Part shown: positions 17,016-26,271 of the stretch, piece by piece
Numbering within the stretch: position 1 is the first letter of the stretch
Layout: the number at the start of each line of letters is the position of its first letter
Source of the DNA: an uncultured Pseudomonadales bacterium
GTDB taxonomy: Bacteria; Patescibacteriota; Microgenomatia; UBA1400; PJMF01
Direction: 5' to 3'
DNA: 61,319 bases
NCBI GenBank assembly: GCA_964494905.1
Contig: CAZBTU010000003.1
Span: forward strand, 1-61,319
The notes under the pieces: generated by a model
The model's input: the letters and a program-made list of their open reading frames with translations, nothing else
Told to the model about the DNA's origin: nothing
Database searches by the model: none
Made by a program: the position numbers and the translations under genes

Positions 17016-17064
17016 AAAAATCCTTCAGCAACTTTATTTCGAGATATTATAGCAAAATACTGCG

Positions 17065-17358
17065 TTACATGCGAATAAATGGCCAACCAGTTCGTCGTTC
17101 CTCACGTTGCTTTTTTTCAGCATCAATCTGATGGGCAGGCTTGCCATCTGTCGAAGAGCTATCAAGGCCATCCAAAAACTCTACAAGTGCACTTATACCT
17201 GACTTCACGAGCAACCCTGTCGGATCCAAGTTCACAACAGTCTTGATCACATCAAGTAGCCCTGGGGCAATAGCGCTTTGAAATGAGTCGGGCTTAGCTG
17301 TGGTCGTACCTCTTAAACTTCGCACTTCATCCCTATAGTAGTTCGTTTTGTCGTACAT
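17065..17358 (-). CDS. Hypothetical protein (97 aa)
   Basis: ATG preceded by a strong GGAGGAG Shine-Dalgarno (17367-17373, minus). Confidence 0.55.
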   Translation of the reverse strand: MYDKTNYYRDEVRSLRGTTTAKPDSFQSAIAPGLLDVIKTVVNLDPTGLLVKSGISALVEFLDGLDSSSTDGKPAHQIDAEKKQREERRTGWPFIRM

Positions 17359-17408
17359 GGTTCACTCCTCCTTATCAGATTGCACTACTGTAGTGTATAC
17401 CGACTGAT

Positions 17409-18284
17409 CTAACCATTGGCAACTTCATATCCTATTCGACTCTCAAAACCATCAAAAGTATGGTTGCAACCCTCGAGCAAAGTCGTTTCACACTGAGGAA
17501 TATGTTGTTGAATTAACTTGAGAGCTTGCCTTGAATCAACCCCAAACTCAGGGTACACAACAAAAGGATCTTTGTCTCCAAGTATCACCTTTACTGGCAC
17601 TGTGATACCTTTTAAACCAGGAAAGTCGTAACCACTGCGATAAAAATCCCAAATGCAGTTTACATCGCTCTGGGTATACCAAGACAAAAACGTCTGAAAA
17701 GACATTGGGAAGTCTTCCATTTCTGGAACTGGCACAATTTCTCGTCCATTTCCTTGCGAGACCATTTCTGTAGCCCTGTCTAGAAAAACTTGCCAACTTC
17801 CTGGAGCTTTTCTTTCCAAAAAAGCGTTCTTGTCGAAAGGTGCTAGGAGCACAAGTTTCTGGACGAGGTCTGGGTGCGCACCTTCTTTGAGATAGCGGAC
17901 AGCTTTAAGTGTGCCCAGTGAGTGACCGATTAGGCAAACTTGCCCGTAGCCCCTGCTTGCAAGCTCTTGAATAAAGGCAGAAATATCGAGGTGTGCATCC
18001 TCAAGCTGCTCAAAGTAGGATCCAATATTCACTGATTTTCCTGATGCGTTGCTAAACTCTGTCTCCAGACCAGTACCTCTAGTTTGGGCCAATACAAATG
18101 TATTTCCTGATTCTTTCAGTGCAAGAGCTACGGCGTGATAAAACGGATGTGAATAGAAATCAGTTGTGAATCCATGGATGAACAAATAGGCTTTTTTCTC
18201 CAAATGACCGAAATGTGCAAGGCCACTTAACCGCAATCCGTCTTTGGTAGTTACTCGTAGATAGTCATAGGGTGTGTTCATCAT
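17409..18284 (-). CDS. Alpha/beta-fold hydrolase
   Basis: Nucleophile elbow CLIGHSLGT (GxSxG), HGF oxyanion region (LFIHGFTTD), and C-terminal GDKD...CNH consistent with an Asp/His triad. Confidence 0.75.
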   Translation of the reverse strand: MMNTPYDYLRVTTKDGLRLSGLAHFGHLEKKAYLFIHGFTTDFYSHPFYHAVALALKESGNTFVLAQTRGTGLETEFSNASGKSVNIGSYFEQLEDAHLDISAFIQELASRGYGQVCLIGHSLGTLKAVRYLKEGAHPDLVQKLVLLAPFDKNAFLERKAPGSWQVFLDRATEMVSQGNGREIVPVPEMEDFPMSFQTFLSWYTQSDVNCIWDFYRSGYDFPGLKGITVPVKVILGDKDPFVVYPEFGVDSRQALKLIQQHIPQCETTLLEGCNHTFDGFESRIGYEVANG

Positions 18285-19504
18285 ACCTTTCTCAATTTGT
18301 TAGTAGCTTTCAATCCAAATTTTGGAAATGCCCGAGGAGCAACCACATATAACAGCAAGAAGAAACAACTCAAGACAGAAACAACCCAAAGGGCACCATA
18401 TGTATCAATCATTGATCCGATAATTGCCGCACCCAACACATAGGGTGTTGAAACAAGCATATTAAAGGCAGAAAGTGTCGTTGCTCTATATTTGGAGTCA
18501 ACCAAACGATTGACTGTGTTCGAGGTCATGGTTTCTAAAATAGGATAAAAAACATTACGCAATAAGAGAACCCCGACCCCCATGAACAACCCAATCACAG
18601 GAGAAAGTAAGGGACCAATAATGAGTGTAAAGACAATGAGATTCCACCAGATTCCACGATCTTTGCCTTTGCTTTTACCATAAAAGTAGGCTCCAGCAGC
18701 CGAGATCAAAGGAACAAGCGCATACACATATCCAAGCTCAACTTCTGAGAGCCCAAATGCCAAGCCTATCGCCGGGTCAAGCCCTTCGATGAGGTACTTA
18801 GCAAACGCACCAATGATCAGGAGCTTCAAAAGCCACTTTAGTTCGTTGCGCACCGCAAATAACTGACCCACGCCTCGAAGCATCTGGGCAACGTACGAAT
18901 TAAGCGAAAATCGGACACTATCTAAGGGCGGCTCAACTAACCAAAAAGTCAACACTCCACAGATTCCATGTACTACCGCCACTCCCCAAAACGGGAGAGA
19001 AGGGGAGATCAAGTACATCCATCCTCCAATCGCGCTTGCTACTGCCATGGTTATGAGTCCATACGTCTGTATCACTGAGAGTACTCGCTCATACTGTTTT
19101 TCGCGCTTGAGAGCCAGGAGAGAGTCGTAAATCATTGCATCACTCGTGCCTGAAAAAAAGCTTGTTCCGATTCCTAACAAAATAATCGCCAAAAGTATTT
19201 GCGAGAAGTGATCTGCACTTGCCATCACTATGTTGCCTAGACAATTGAACAAAAAAACCAGGAGAAGCGTTCGTTTCTTTCCGAGCATGTCTGCAAATGC
19301 TCCTGTCGGCAACTCAAGAAGAAAAATTGTCACCACAACAACTGTCTCGATAACCCCAACCCCTGCATAATCAGTAAACAAAAGATAGTAGGGGACCCAG
19401 ATTCCCAACCAGAACCATGCAACATTGAGTGAAAAAATCACTTTCAATAAAATTATGTTGCGTTGCATTTCAAAATTATACTGCAAGATCAACCAAAGCA
19501 GCAA
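18281..19504 (-). CDS. MFS-type transporter
   Basis: About 12 hydrophobic segments. GAFADMLGKKRT matches MFS motif A (GxxxDrxGrr). The 4-nt overlap with the hydrolase gene suggests an operon. The real start may be an internal Met. Confidence 0.7.
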   Translation of the reverse strand: MLLWLILQYNFEMQRNIILLKVIFSLNVAWFWLGIWVPYYLLFTDYAGVGVIETVVVVTIFLLELPTGAFADMLGKKRTLLLVFLFNCLGNIVMASADHFSQILLAIILLGIGTSFFSGTSDAMIYDSLLALKREKQYERVLSVIQTYGLITMAVASAIGGWMYLISPSLPFWGVAVVHGICGVLTFWLVEPPLDSVRFSLNSYVAQMLRGVGQLFAVRNELKWLLKLLIIGAFAKYLIEGLDPAIGLAFGLSEVELGYVYALVPLISAAGAYFYGKSKGKDRGIWWNLIVFTLIIGPLLSPVIGLFMGVGVLLLRNVFYPILETMTSNTVNRLVDSKYRATTLSAFNMLVSTPYVLGAAIIGSMIDTYGALWVVSVLSCFFLLLYVVAPRAFPKFGLKATNKLRKV

Positions 19505-19618
19505 ACTACAATAAACACAAGCGCTTGGGCGTGAAAAATTTCGACGACTGTTTTATCGGTAAATCGAGATACAACAAATTGCGAAAACACCTGGCCAGTA
19601 CATTATCTATTACTGGAT

Positions 19619-20533
19619 TTAACCAATTTCTTCATCAGTGGAATGAGAGAGTGTATGTACATACTGTGCAACGAGTTCTGGGAAAGGACATCGCCTCAGT
19701 GCAATCTGATATAACTGTCTTTGCTTCACAGCATCACGAGTCTCTTCAGTTTGTTCTTGAACTTTTTGATGAAGTGCCACCAATGCCTCTGCATACATTT
19801 CCTTGTATGTCTTTCTGGGGGCGTTCTTTTGTTCGGCGTGTTCCTTTTCTCGATTTGATCTCAACACAGGGTTTTCAGGCTCATCATTAAGCCAAGCAGT
19901 CAATTCCTCGAGTGAGTACCAGCCGGAATCGTTAATTTTTTGATCAGTTGGATTGAGCCAAAATCGCACATCTCCATCGAAAGAATAGTTCCAATTTTGC
20001 AGTGAGTACCAGTGTTTTCCTTTAGCGCGCAGTTCCACTTTTAGCTCTTCAAGTTCGGAAATTGCCTGGAGAATTTCTTCTCTCACAGGATCTTGACCAA
20101 GAGGTTGATCAGGTGAATACTGAGATGCTATGTGCCGAGAAGTTGAAACACCATCATATGAAGCTCCTGGCTCCAACCCATAGCGGTTCGGCGCGTACAT
20201 GGCAATTTTAAATTTCTCGGAGGGCTCTTGTGGCCAACGTTTACTTTCAACCAAGTCTGTTGCTCCAAACCAATGACACCCGACCAATGCCAGTTCTGTA
20301 AACCCTGCATTCAATGCCAAATCTCTGACTTTGTCTGACGACACACAGGGAATATCACCTTCTTTGTAGCTTCGATCTTGCGTACCGCTCACTAAATAAT
20401 ATAGCAGTTTACGTCTGGCGTTTTCGTGCTCAAGCCACAGTTTTTTTTCTTCTCCCTCAGCGTTTAACACCTCCAAGAGACGATTCATTCGTGTATCAAT
20501 TTCTTTTGTCATGGATTGAAACTCCAAATACAT
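19619..20533 (-). CDS. Hypothetical protein (304 aa)
   Basis: Long ORF with no motif recognised. An alternative start lies at 20512 (MTKEID). Confidence 0.55.
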   Translation of the reverse strand: MYLEFQSMTKEIDTRMNRLLEVLNAEGEEKKLWLEHENARRKLLYYLVSGTQDRSYKEGDIPCVSSDKVRDLALNAGFTELALVGCHWFGATDLVESKRWPQEPSEKFKIAMYAPNRYGLEPGASYDGVSTSRHIASQYSPDQPLGQDPVREEILQAISELEELKVELRAKGKHWYSLQNWNYSFDGDVRFWLNPTDQKINDSGWYSLEELTAWLNDEPENPVLRSNREKEHAEQKNAPRKTYKEMYAEALVALHQKVQEQTEETRDAVKQRQLYQIALRRCPFPELVAQYVHTLSHSTDEEIG

Positions 20534-20626
20534 CCTATATTAATAGGATTATAACACATACAGCAAAATCTAATGATGAGCCGCGCACACTAAAAATCAA
20601 TAAAAATAGGTCAAGCGAACAGGCTA

Positions 20627-20995
20627 CTAGTTTTTCCAGGGTGACATCAGTTGAAAATAATTGCCTTCAGAATCAGCTAATGTTGCAATCCAAGCAGAGT
20701 CGTCCGCTGCCTGTAAATGATAGGGCTCTGCCACAACCGTCGCTCCTAAAGCTTTGATTCGTTCAAACTCTTGTCTAACATCTGGTGTCTCGAAATTGAG
20801 AATAATTCGTTGAGGATTGGTAGCTTTTCCTACAACCTCCGTATGATATCCAATTGCTAAGAAACAGGTGCCGACACTGAAACCAAACCAGTCCCCCTCT
20901 ATCATATCTGGTTTTTTTTGAAAGACTTGCTCATAAAAAGCTGCCAAAGACTTGGGGTCTTGGGAACCAATCATAAGTGAGTTGAAGTTTAACAT
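20627..20995 (-). CDS. VOC/glyoxalase-bleomycin resistance family protein
   Basis: 122-aa protein with the typical VOC layout (FYEQVF..., GATVVAEP..., DSEGNYFQL). Confidence 0.7.
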   Translation of the reverse strand: MLNFNSLMIGSQDPKSLAAFYEQVFQKKPDMIEGDWFGFSVGTCFLAIGYHTEVVGKATNPQRIILNFETPDVRQEFERIKALGATVVAEPYHLQAADDSAWIATLADSEGNYFQLMSPWKN

Positions 20996-21119
20996 TCCGT
21001 TCCTTACTGTTGTAAGGTTATTACTGTTGCTGTAGCTTCAGTATACCCTAGAAGTTAAGAGTGAAAAAGGCAAGAACGCGTTCCATCAACTTGCCAAAAC
21101 TCAAACAGCCGTATACGAT

Positions 21120-21593
21120 GTGTTTATGCGTTACAAATCTCAAATTCTGCTTATCTTAAGTTCAGTTCTAGGTGTGACGCTCGGCGTTGTCAACACAGCA
21201 CAAGCCCAGGTTATTGAACAACATCAGTCCGCCAAAGTTACTACTGAGTTTGAATGCACTGGCACTTGCTCGTCCTATTCTTCTACCTCAGTTTCCCAGC
21301 GCCAATTCATTTCAAACAACTCCACTGCGTCAGAGTACAGGAGAGCACGCCCAGAAATCTGGAAGAGAAGAAACACATATGGCTCAGTGAGGCTCACATG
21401 GGAACCACAAGACGGTACTTGTCTTATCAGATATTCAGAGGCCAAACGAAGCGACTTTGCATATGCAACCTCGACTAGCTGCAACGAAGGAGAAATTACT
21501 ATTGGTGGCCTCGTACCAGGAAAAAACTATCGTTTTCAAGTCAAAATAGAAAATGACGACTGGTCAAAGCCAATTGTCAAAATTGCACGCTAA
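21120..21593 (+). CDS. Secreted protein with an FN3-like C-terminal domain
   Basis: Signal peptide ILLILSSVLGVTLGVVNTAQA/QV. C-terminus ITIGGLVPGKNYRFQVKI is typical of a fibronectin type III strand pattern. GTG start; an ATG lies at 21126. Confidence 0.55.
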   Translation: MFMRYKSQILLILSSVLGVTLGVVNTAQAQVIEQHQSAKVTTEFECTGTCSSYSSTSVSQRQFISNNSTASEYRRARPEIWKRRNTYGSVRLTWEPQDGTCLIRYSEAKRSDFAYATSTSCNEGEITIGGLVPGKNYRFQVKIENDDWSKPIVKIAR

Positions 21594-21663
21594 CACATAA
21601 GTCACTTGTCTCAGCGTTTACCTAAGTCCGTGTTGTCCTTTTTCACAGCTCTATCATTTCCTT

Positions 21664-22575
21664 ATGACCTCACAGCCAAACAACACCAGCTCCAGTACTA
21701 ACCCAGTCGGGCGTTTTATGGTCGCAGCCGGCGCAGTGATTGAGCATCAAAAAACAGGTAAGATTTTGCTGCTTCAACGTGCTGAATCCCTCGATTGGCA
21801 AGCAGGTAGTTGGGAAATTGACTATGGACGACTTGACCAGTTTGAAGATCCGATTGTTGGTCTTAAACGTGAACTCAAAGAAGAAACAGGCATCACTGAC
21901 TTACATATCGGCAAAACTTTGAGAGTCTGGCACATCTTCCGTGGGCCAGAGACTGCTGAGAATGAACTCATCGGTATAACGTATCACTGCACAACTACAA
22001 CCGATGCTGTCACACTTTCTGCGGAACACCAGGATTACCGTTGGGTTGATGTGGAAGAAGCACTTGCTCTAATCAAAGTAGAAGGTATTAAACAAGATAT
22101 TCAGGCCTTTCAAGCAACCAAACATGCCCTTGCTCAATCGATCGGCAGACAGGTCATTGGTGTGGGCGCAGGAGCTCTGATTTTTGATAGCAGGAACAGA
22201 CTCCTCCTGTCTTTGAGAGGGGCAGGGGCCAAAAACGAAGCCGGCAAATGGGAAATTCCTGGAGGTGCAATCGAGTTTGGTGAAACTATCGAAGATGGTC
22301 TAAAAAGAGAGGTCGAAGAAGAACTCGCAATCAAGATCAAGGTCGGCGAAATGCTACAACTGTGCAACCACATTTTGCCTGATGAAGGTCAACATTGGGT
22401 GTCTCCCACATATCTTTGTGAAATAGTTGCTGGAACACCTACCATTCAAGAGCCAGAAAAATGTGAAAAAATTGGCTGGTTTACAGTTGCCGAAGCCGAA
22501 CTTCTACCGTTAGCACAAGTCACAAGGCAAGACATAGAAATTCTAAAAAGCAGACAGAACCACACGTTCACATAA
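21664..22575 (+). CDS. Tandem (double) Nudix hydrolase
   Basis: Two Nudix boxes: GRLDQFEDPIVGLKRELKEETGI and GGAIEFGETIEDGLKREVEEELAI (Gx5Ex7REUxEExGU). Confidence 0.85.
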   Translation: MTSQPNNTSSSTNPVGRFMVAAGAVIEHQKTGKILLLQRAESLDWQAGSWEIDYGRLDQFEDPIVGLKRELKEETGITDLHIGKTLRVWHIFRGPETAENELIGITYHCTTTTDAVTLSAEHQDYRWVDVEEALALIKVEGIKQDIQAFQATKHALAQSIGRQVIGVGAGALIFDSRNRLLLSLRGAGAKNEAGKWEIPGGAIEFGETIEDGLKREVEEELAIKIKVGEMLQLCNHILPDEGQHWVSPTYLCEIVAGTPTIQEPEKCEKIGWFTVAEAELLPLAQVTRQDIEILKSRQNHTFT

Positions 22576-22657
22576 TTGGCTTGAAGGCACTATCCAAAAT
22601 ACCAGTGAACACATTTCATAATAGCTCGTGTCACTTAGTTATGGTACTGTGGTCGTT

Positions 22658-23212
22658 ATGGAAAACCTAGAAACCATTCGATGCTTTGTTATGGTTGGAC
22701 TTCCCGGGAGTGGCAAAAGTACACTGGCTAAAAAACTTGCTCGCCAGCACGGTTGCACGGTACTCTCATCTGATGAAATTCGGCAAGAGCTACTCAACAG
22801 CAGTCGATTTGACCCCAGAGGAGATGACTTTGTGCGCGAACAAAGTAAGTACGCGTACGAGGTCATGTATGAGCGAGCACTCAAGTTGCTCACCGCGAAT
22901 AAAAAGGTTGTCCTTGACGCCACCCATCTAGATTCAGCTAAGAGAAAAGCAATGATCTCTCGCTTACTTAAAGTTGTTGAACCAGACTCTGTTTGTTTTG
23001 TGGTCGTTAAGCTACCGTATGAACTGATCGACGAGCGCATGTCAAACTATAATCAATTGAAAACAGATGCTGGCGAAACTGTTTATGAGGCATGGAAACG
23101 CGTGATCGCATACGTCCAGCAACACATTCAACAGGGCGAGTATACTTGGCCAACTGAGCAAGAAGGCATTCCTATCTTCAATTATGAAAAACTTAAATCT
23201 CTCTTGGACTAG
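22658..23212 (+). CDS. P-loop kinase of the AAA_33 / polynucleotide-kinase-like type
   Basis: VMVGLPGSGKSTLAKKLA Walker A, followed by SSDEIR (catalytic Asp position as in PNK-like kinases) and VVLDATH. The ATG at 22658 is used; the track start at 22628 is a GTG. Confidence 0.7.
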   Translation: MENLETIRCFVMVGLPGSGKSTLAKKLARQHGCTVLSSDEIRQELLNSSRFDPRGDDFVREQSKYAYEVMYERALKLLTANKKVVLDATHLDSAKRKAMISRLLKVVEPDSVCFVVVKLPYELIDERMSNYNQLKTDAGETVYEAWKRVIAYVQQHIQQGEYTWPTEQEGIPIFNYEKLKSLLD

Positions 23213-23879
23213 TGATATTAAGTGTCTTGCGTGGGATCTGGATGGCACGCTGTACCCACCTGACTCGAGGCTTGACCATGCAATTGAGTCACGAATTACG
23301 GCAGCGGTGGCACGTACACAACAAGTGAGTAGTTCAAGAGCAGAAGAATTGTTCTCAAACACTTACAATAAGTTACGAAGCAAAACAAAGAGTTTATCAA
23401 AACTTGGCATTCCAGGACAAGAATTCTTTCTTAATGTATGGAATGAAGTTGACCTCAGCCAGTTCATACAACCTAACCCTCAACTTGCAGTTGCACTCAT
23501 AGCTCTTTCAGAAAGTGGTAAGTTTGATTTAGCAATCCTCACTAACAGTAATACTAGCTCGACTGTCGCTTCCAAGCTAGCCATGATTGGAATTGATCCG
23601 CACTGTTTCAAGCACATACTCACTTCTGTCGATATCGGTTTTCAAAAACCTGATCCAGAGGCCTTTACTGCTTTGCTGCAAGCAACTAACCACCGACCTG
23701 ACCGAGTATTATATGTCGGTGATCGTGAAAACACAGATATCATACCTGCACAACTAATGGGTCTTAGGACTGCGTTAATAAGAAATAACTCGGCTGATTC
23801 TTCAAGCCAAGCCGATCTGATCATGCCATCGGCACTAGATTTGGCCGAATTTTTTCTCAAGAACACCATCAATGGGTAG
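23184..23879 (+). CDS. HAD-superfamily phosphatase
   Basis: Motif I AWDLDGTLY (DxDGT), motif II ILTNSN, motif III/IV K...YVGDRENTDI. Overlaps the kinase gene by 29 nt. Confidence 0.8.
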   Translation: MKNLNLSWTSDIKCLAWDLDGTLYPPDSRLDHAIESRITAAVARTQQVSSSRAEELFSNTYNKLRSKTKSLSKLGIPGQEFFLNVWNEVDLSQFIQPNPQLAVALIALSESGKFDLAILTNSNTSSTVASKLAMIGIDPHCFKHILTSVDIGFQKPDPEAFTALLQATNHRPDRVLYVGDRENTDIIPAQLMGLRTALIRNNSADSSSQADLIMPSALDLAEFFLKNTING

Positions 23880-23968
23880 GTTATAGCAGTAAGTTATAAT
23901 ACTTCCGTTCCTTAATACACCGATAAATGGATGTTCTGCATACAGATGTCCAATTCAGGAGAAAATCG

Positions 23969-24481
23969 ATGACGATTCAAGTTGTTCTCAGATCAGGGGA
24001 CATTACCACCAATGTCCCAGTAGATTGTTTGATTTCATCCATAAACTCTGAAGGCCTGTGGTTTGGCGGAGTTGATGAAGCGATCCGACGCGTCGCTGGT
24101 GATCAATTTCATAAACAAGCTCTTCAAATGTTGCGACAGTATGGCCTCCATGATGGGCAAGTACTATCACTGCCACAACAATGGGAACACGCAGGCAGCT
24201 TTCATAGCGTGCTGTTTGTGGTTGATGATCTGCAACAGCCACTCAACGTGCTGGTTTTTACCGCACTGAAAAAAGCAGAAAGCTGCGGATTTCGCAGTGT
24301 CGCACTCCCTCTGATGCGAACTGGAGTTGCTGCCGGAATAATGGAGCGCACTCAGCTTGAAGTAGTCCAAGCAATCAAAATGGGCCTACTCCAGTTTCTG
24401 AATGACTATCCTTATTCCAACATGCAGATCAATGTCGTCGCATACGGCATACCTAGTGCGATCCGGCTGTTCTTAATTTAG
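23969..24481 (+). CDS. Macro-domain protein (ADP-ribose / ADP-ribose-1''-phosphate binding or hydrolysing)
   Basis: LRSGDIT...VDCLISSINSEGLWFGGVDEAIRRVAG ... SVALPLMRTGVAAG matches the macro-domain GDIT / N-x-x-L-x-GGGV-x-x-AI / P-x-I-S-T-G pattern. The ATG at 23969 is preceded by AGGAGAA. Confidence 0.7.
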   Translation: MTIQVVLRSGDITTNVPVDCLISSINSEGLWFGGVDEAIRRVAGDQFHKQALQMLRQYGLHDGQVLSLPQQWEHAGSFHSVLFVVDDLQQPLNVLVFTALKKAESCGFRSVALPLMRTGVAAGIMERTQLEVVQAIKMGLLQFLNDYPYSNMQINVVAYGIPSAIRLFLI

Positions 24482-24512
24482 AGAACAGCCACTATCGTGT
24501 ATTTATACATAA

Positions 24513-24550
24513 AGCACCTAAACTGCTTGAACAGTTAGGTGCTTTTTTTT
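24513..24550. terminator. Intrinsic terminator between convergent genes
   Basis: AGCACCTAAACTG-cttgaa-CAGTTAGGTGCT followed by TTTTTTTT. Confidence 0.75.
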
Positions 24551-24592
24551 GACAACACAGGGCACAGTCAAGAATAATGCCTCATTACGAGC

Positions 24593-25621
24593 CTAAATGG
24601 TTGCGTCAAACTTCGGAAACAAAGCCTCATTGAGTGACTCACCGGTGTAAGTTCGACGAATTGCCTCTGATAATAGCGGCTCAATCGGAACCACTTGAAT
24701 CTTAGGGTGCTGAGTGATTTCAATTGGATGGGGGAGTGAGTTTGTCACCAGCACCTTTTCTATTGGTGAGCTGTCGAGTTTTTTCAAGAAATCACCAAGA
24801 AACAATCCGTGAGCTACAGCAACAAAAATTCTCCGAGCCCCACATTTGGCTGCCAACTCGGCCGCATGGAAAACCGTACTTCCACTCGCAATAATATCGT
24901 CGACAATCAATACATCTTTACCAACTACATCCCCAACCAATTCTACTGCAATTGAGGAGTTATCCGATCGCCTTCGCCTTTTATATATAAAGGCCAAACT
25001 GCTAGCTGTCAGAATGTGCGCGTAATAATCAGCGCGCTTTGTGCCACCAGCATCAGGGGAGAGCAGTACCCCACTCGAAAAACCGAGCTCTCGAATAGCA
25101 GGCACAAGTGAGTAGCTCGCATACAACTCATCCCAAGGCTCTTTGATATAGCCTTGCTGCTGGGCTGAATGATTATCTACTGTTATCAAACGATCAGCCC
25201 CAGCATGAACAAGCAGCTGCGGGAGCAGTGCAGCTGTGATAGGGACCCTGGGCTTGTCTTTTCTGTCTGCTCTTTGGTACGACGCGAACGGCTGCACAAC
25301 TGTGATTTCTTCTGCAGAAGCTCGACGCGCTGCATCAATCAGCAATAAAACTTCTAGAATCGCATCGGCTTGTTTTGGGGGACCAGTTGGCTGAACAATG
25401 AAAACTTCCCGCTTACGCAGATTGGGTGCGATGGCAACTTGTATCTCGCCATCGGGAAAACGCGACACTGGCTCAAAACACTTGATGCGTAATAACTCAG
25501 CAACACCTTGGGCTAAGGCAGGGTATGCGCTTCCAGTTAAGATTACAATTGCTAAAGGATCAAAGTCTCGAATTCCTGCTACTTCAATCTGGCTACATTC
25601 GTCGTCTATTCGCTGTTTCAC
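24593..25621 (-). CDS. prs: Ribose-phosphate pyrophosphokinase (PRPP synthetase), copy 1
   Basis: FPDGEIQV, VQPFASYQRADRK and the PRPP-binding loop VLIVDDIIASGSTV. GTG start with an N-terminal extension of about 25 aa. Confidence 0.85.
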   Translation of the reverse strand: MKQRIDDECSQIEVAGIRDFDPLAIVILTGSAYPALAQGVAELLRIKCFEPVSRFPDGEIQVAIAPNLRKREVFIVQPTGPPKQADAILEVLLLIDAARRASAEEITVVQPFASYQRADRKDKPRVPITAALLPQLLVHAGADRLITVDNHSAQQQGYIKEPWDELYASYSLVPAIRELGFSSGVLLSPDAGGTKRADYYAHILTASSLAFIYKRRRRSDNSSIAVELVGDVVGKDVLIVDDIIASGSTVFHAAELAAKCGARRIFVAVAHGLFLGDFLKKLDSSPIEKVLVTNSLPHPIEITQHPKIQVVPIEPLLSEAIRRTYTGESLNEALFPKFDATI

Positions 25622-25840
25622 ATCCCGAGTGTATTCCTTATTGCACTCATTTTCAACCCATAATTAAGTCATGAGAGCTGTTGTGTGCCACTGACCAATC
25701 AAGGGTTCCCCATGATTCAACCATTGAGTCCCATAGTTTTTTAATATATAATTAGAGGCTGTTTTGCGCCGCTAAAAACGGTCAGAACAAAGCTCTTTAA
25801 ACAACAAGGTTGTCATCAAAAAACAGACCAATGGAGAACA

Positions 25841-26227
25841 ATGGGCCAAACAAACGTTGTGTATATCGGATCGAAAAAAATCCAGAGTTTTTTGTTCAGA
25901 AGCATTCTGTCCATATGTTGTCTGCTCATCGCAGATGGGGTCGGACTGCTGGAACTTAACCCGAAGTCATTTTTTTTGATCCATTTGGTGTTGCTGGCTG
26001 TAGCATGGCAAGTAGTATGGAGCTGGTTTGCAAGTATGGCCACAAAAAACATGTGGCTCATTGATGCGCATAGCGCACACAGCTTTTTGCTTGCAGCACT
26101 AGTACTGGCAATTTTGACATTGCTGCTTCCCAGCGTTAATCTTGTTGATCAATCATGGACCGGTGTCATGAAGTTCACGATCAGCGCTGCGCTGATAACA
26201 CCAACTCACGGTGAGTGGTATTCATAA
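25841..26227 (+). CDS. Hypothetical membrane protein (128 aa)
   Basis: Four hydrophobic segments. No motif recognised. Confidence 0.45.
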   Translation: MGQTNVVYIGSKKIQSFLFRSILSICCLLIADGVGLLELNPKSFFLIHLVLLAVAWQVVWSWFASMATKNMWLIDAHSAHSFLLAALVLAILTLLLPSVNLVDQSWTGVMKFTISAALITPTHGEWYS

Positions 26228-26271
26228 CACTAACCACACTAGACCCAGTCATTTACGGCTGGGTCTTTTTT

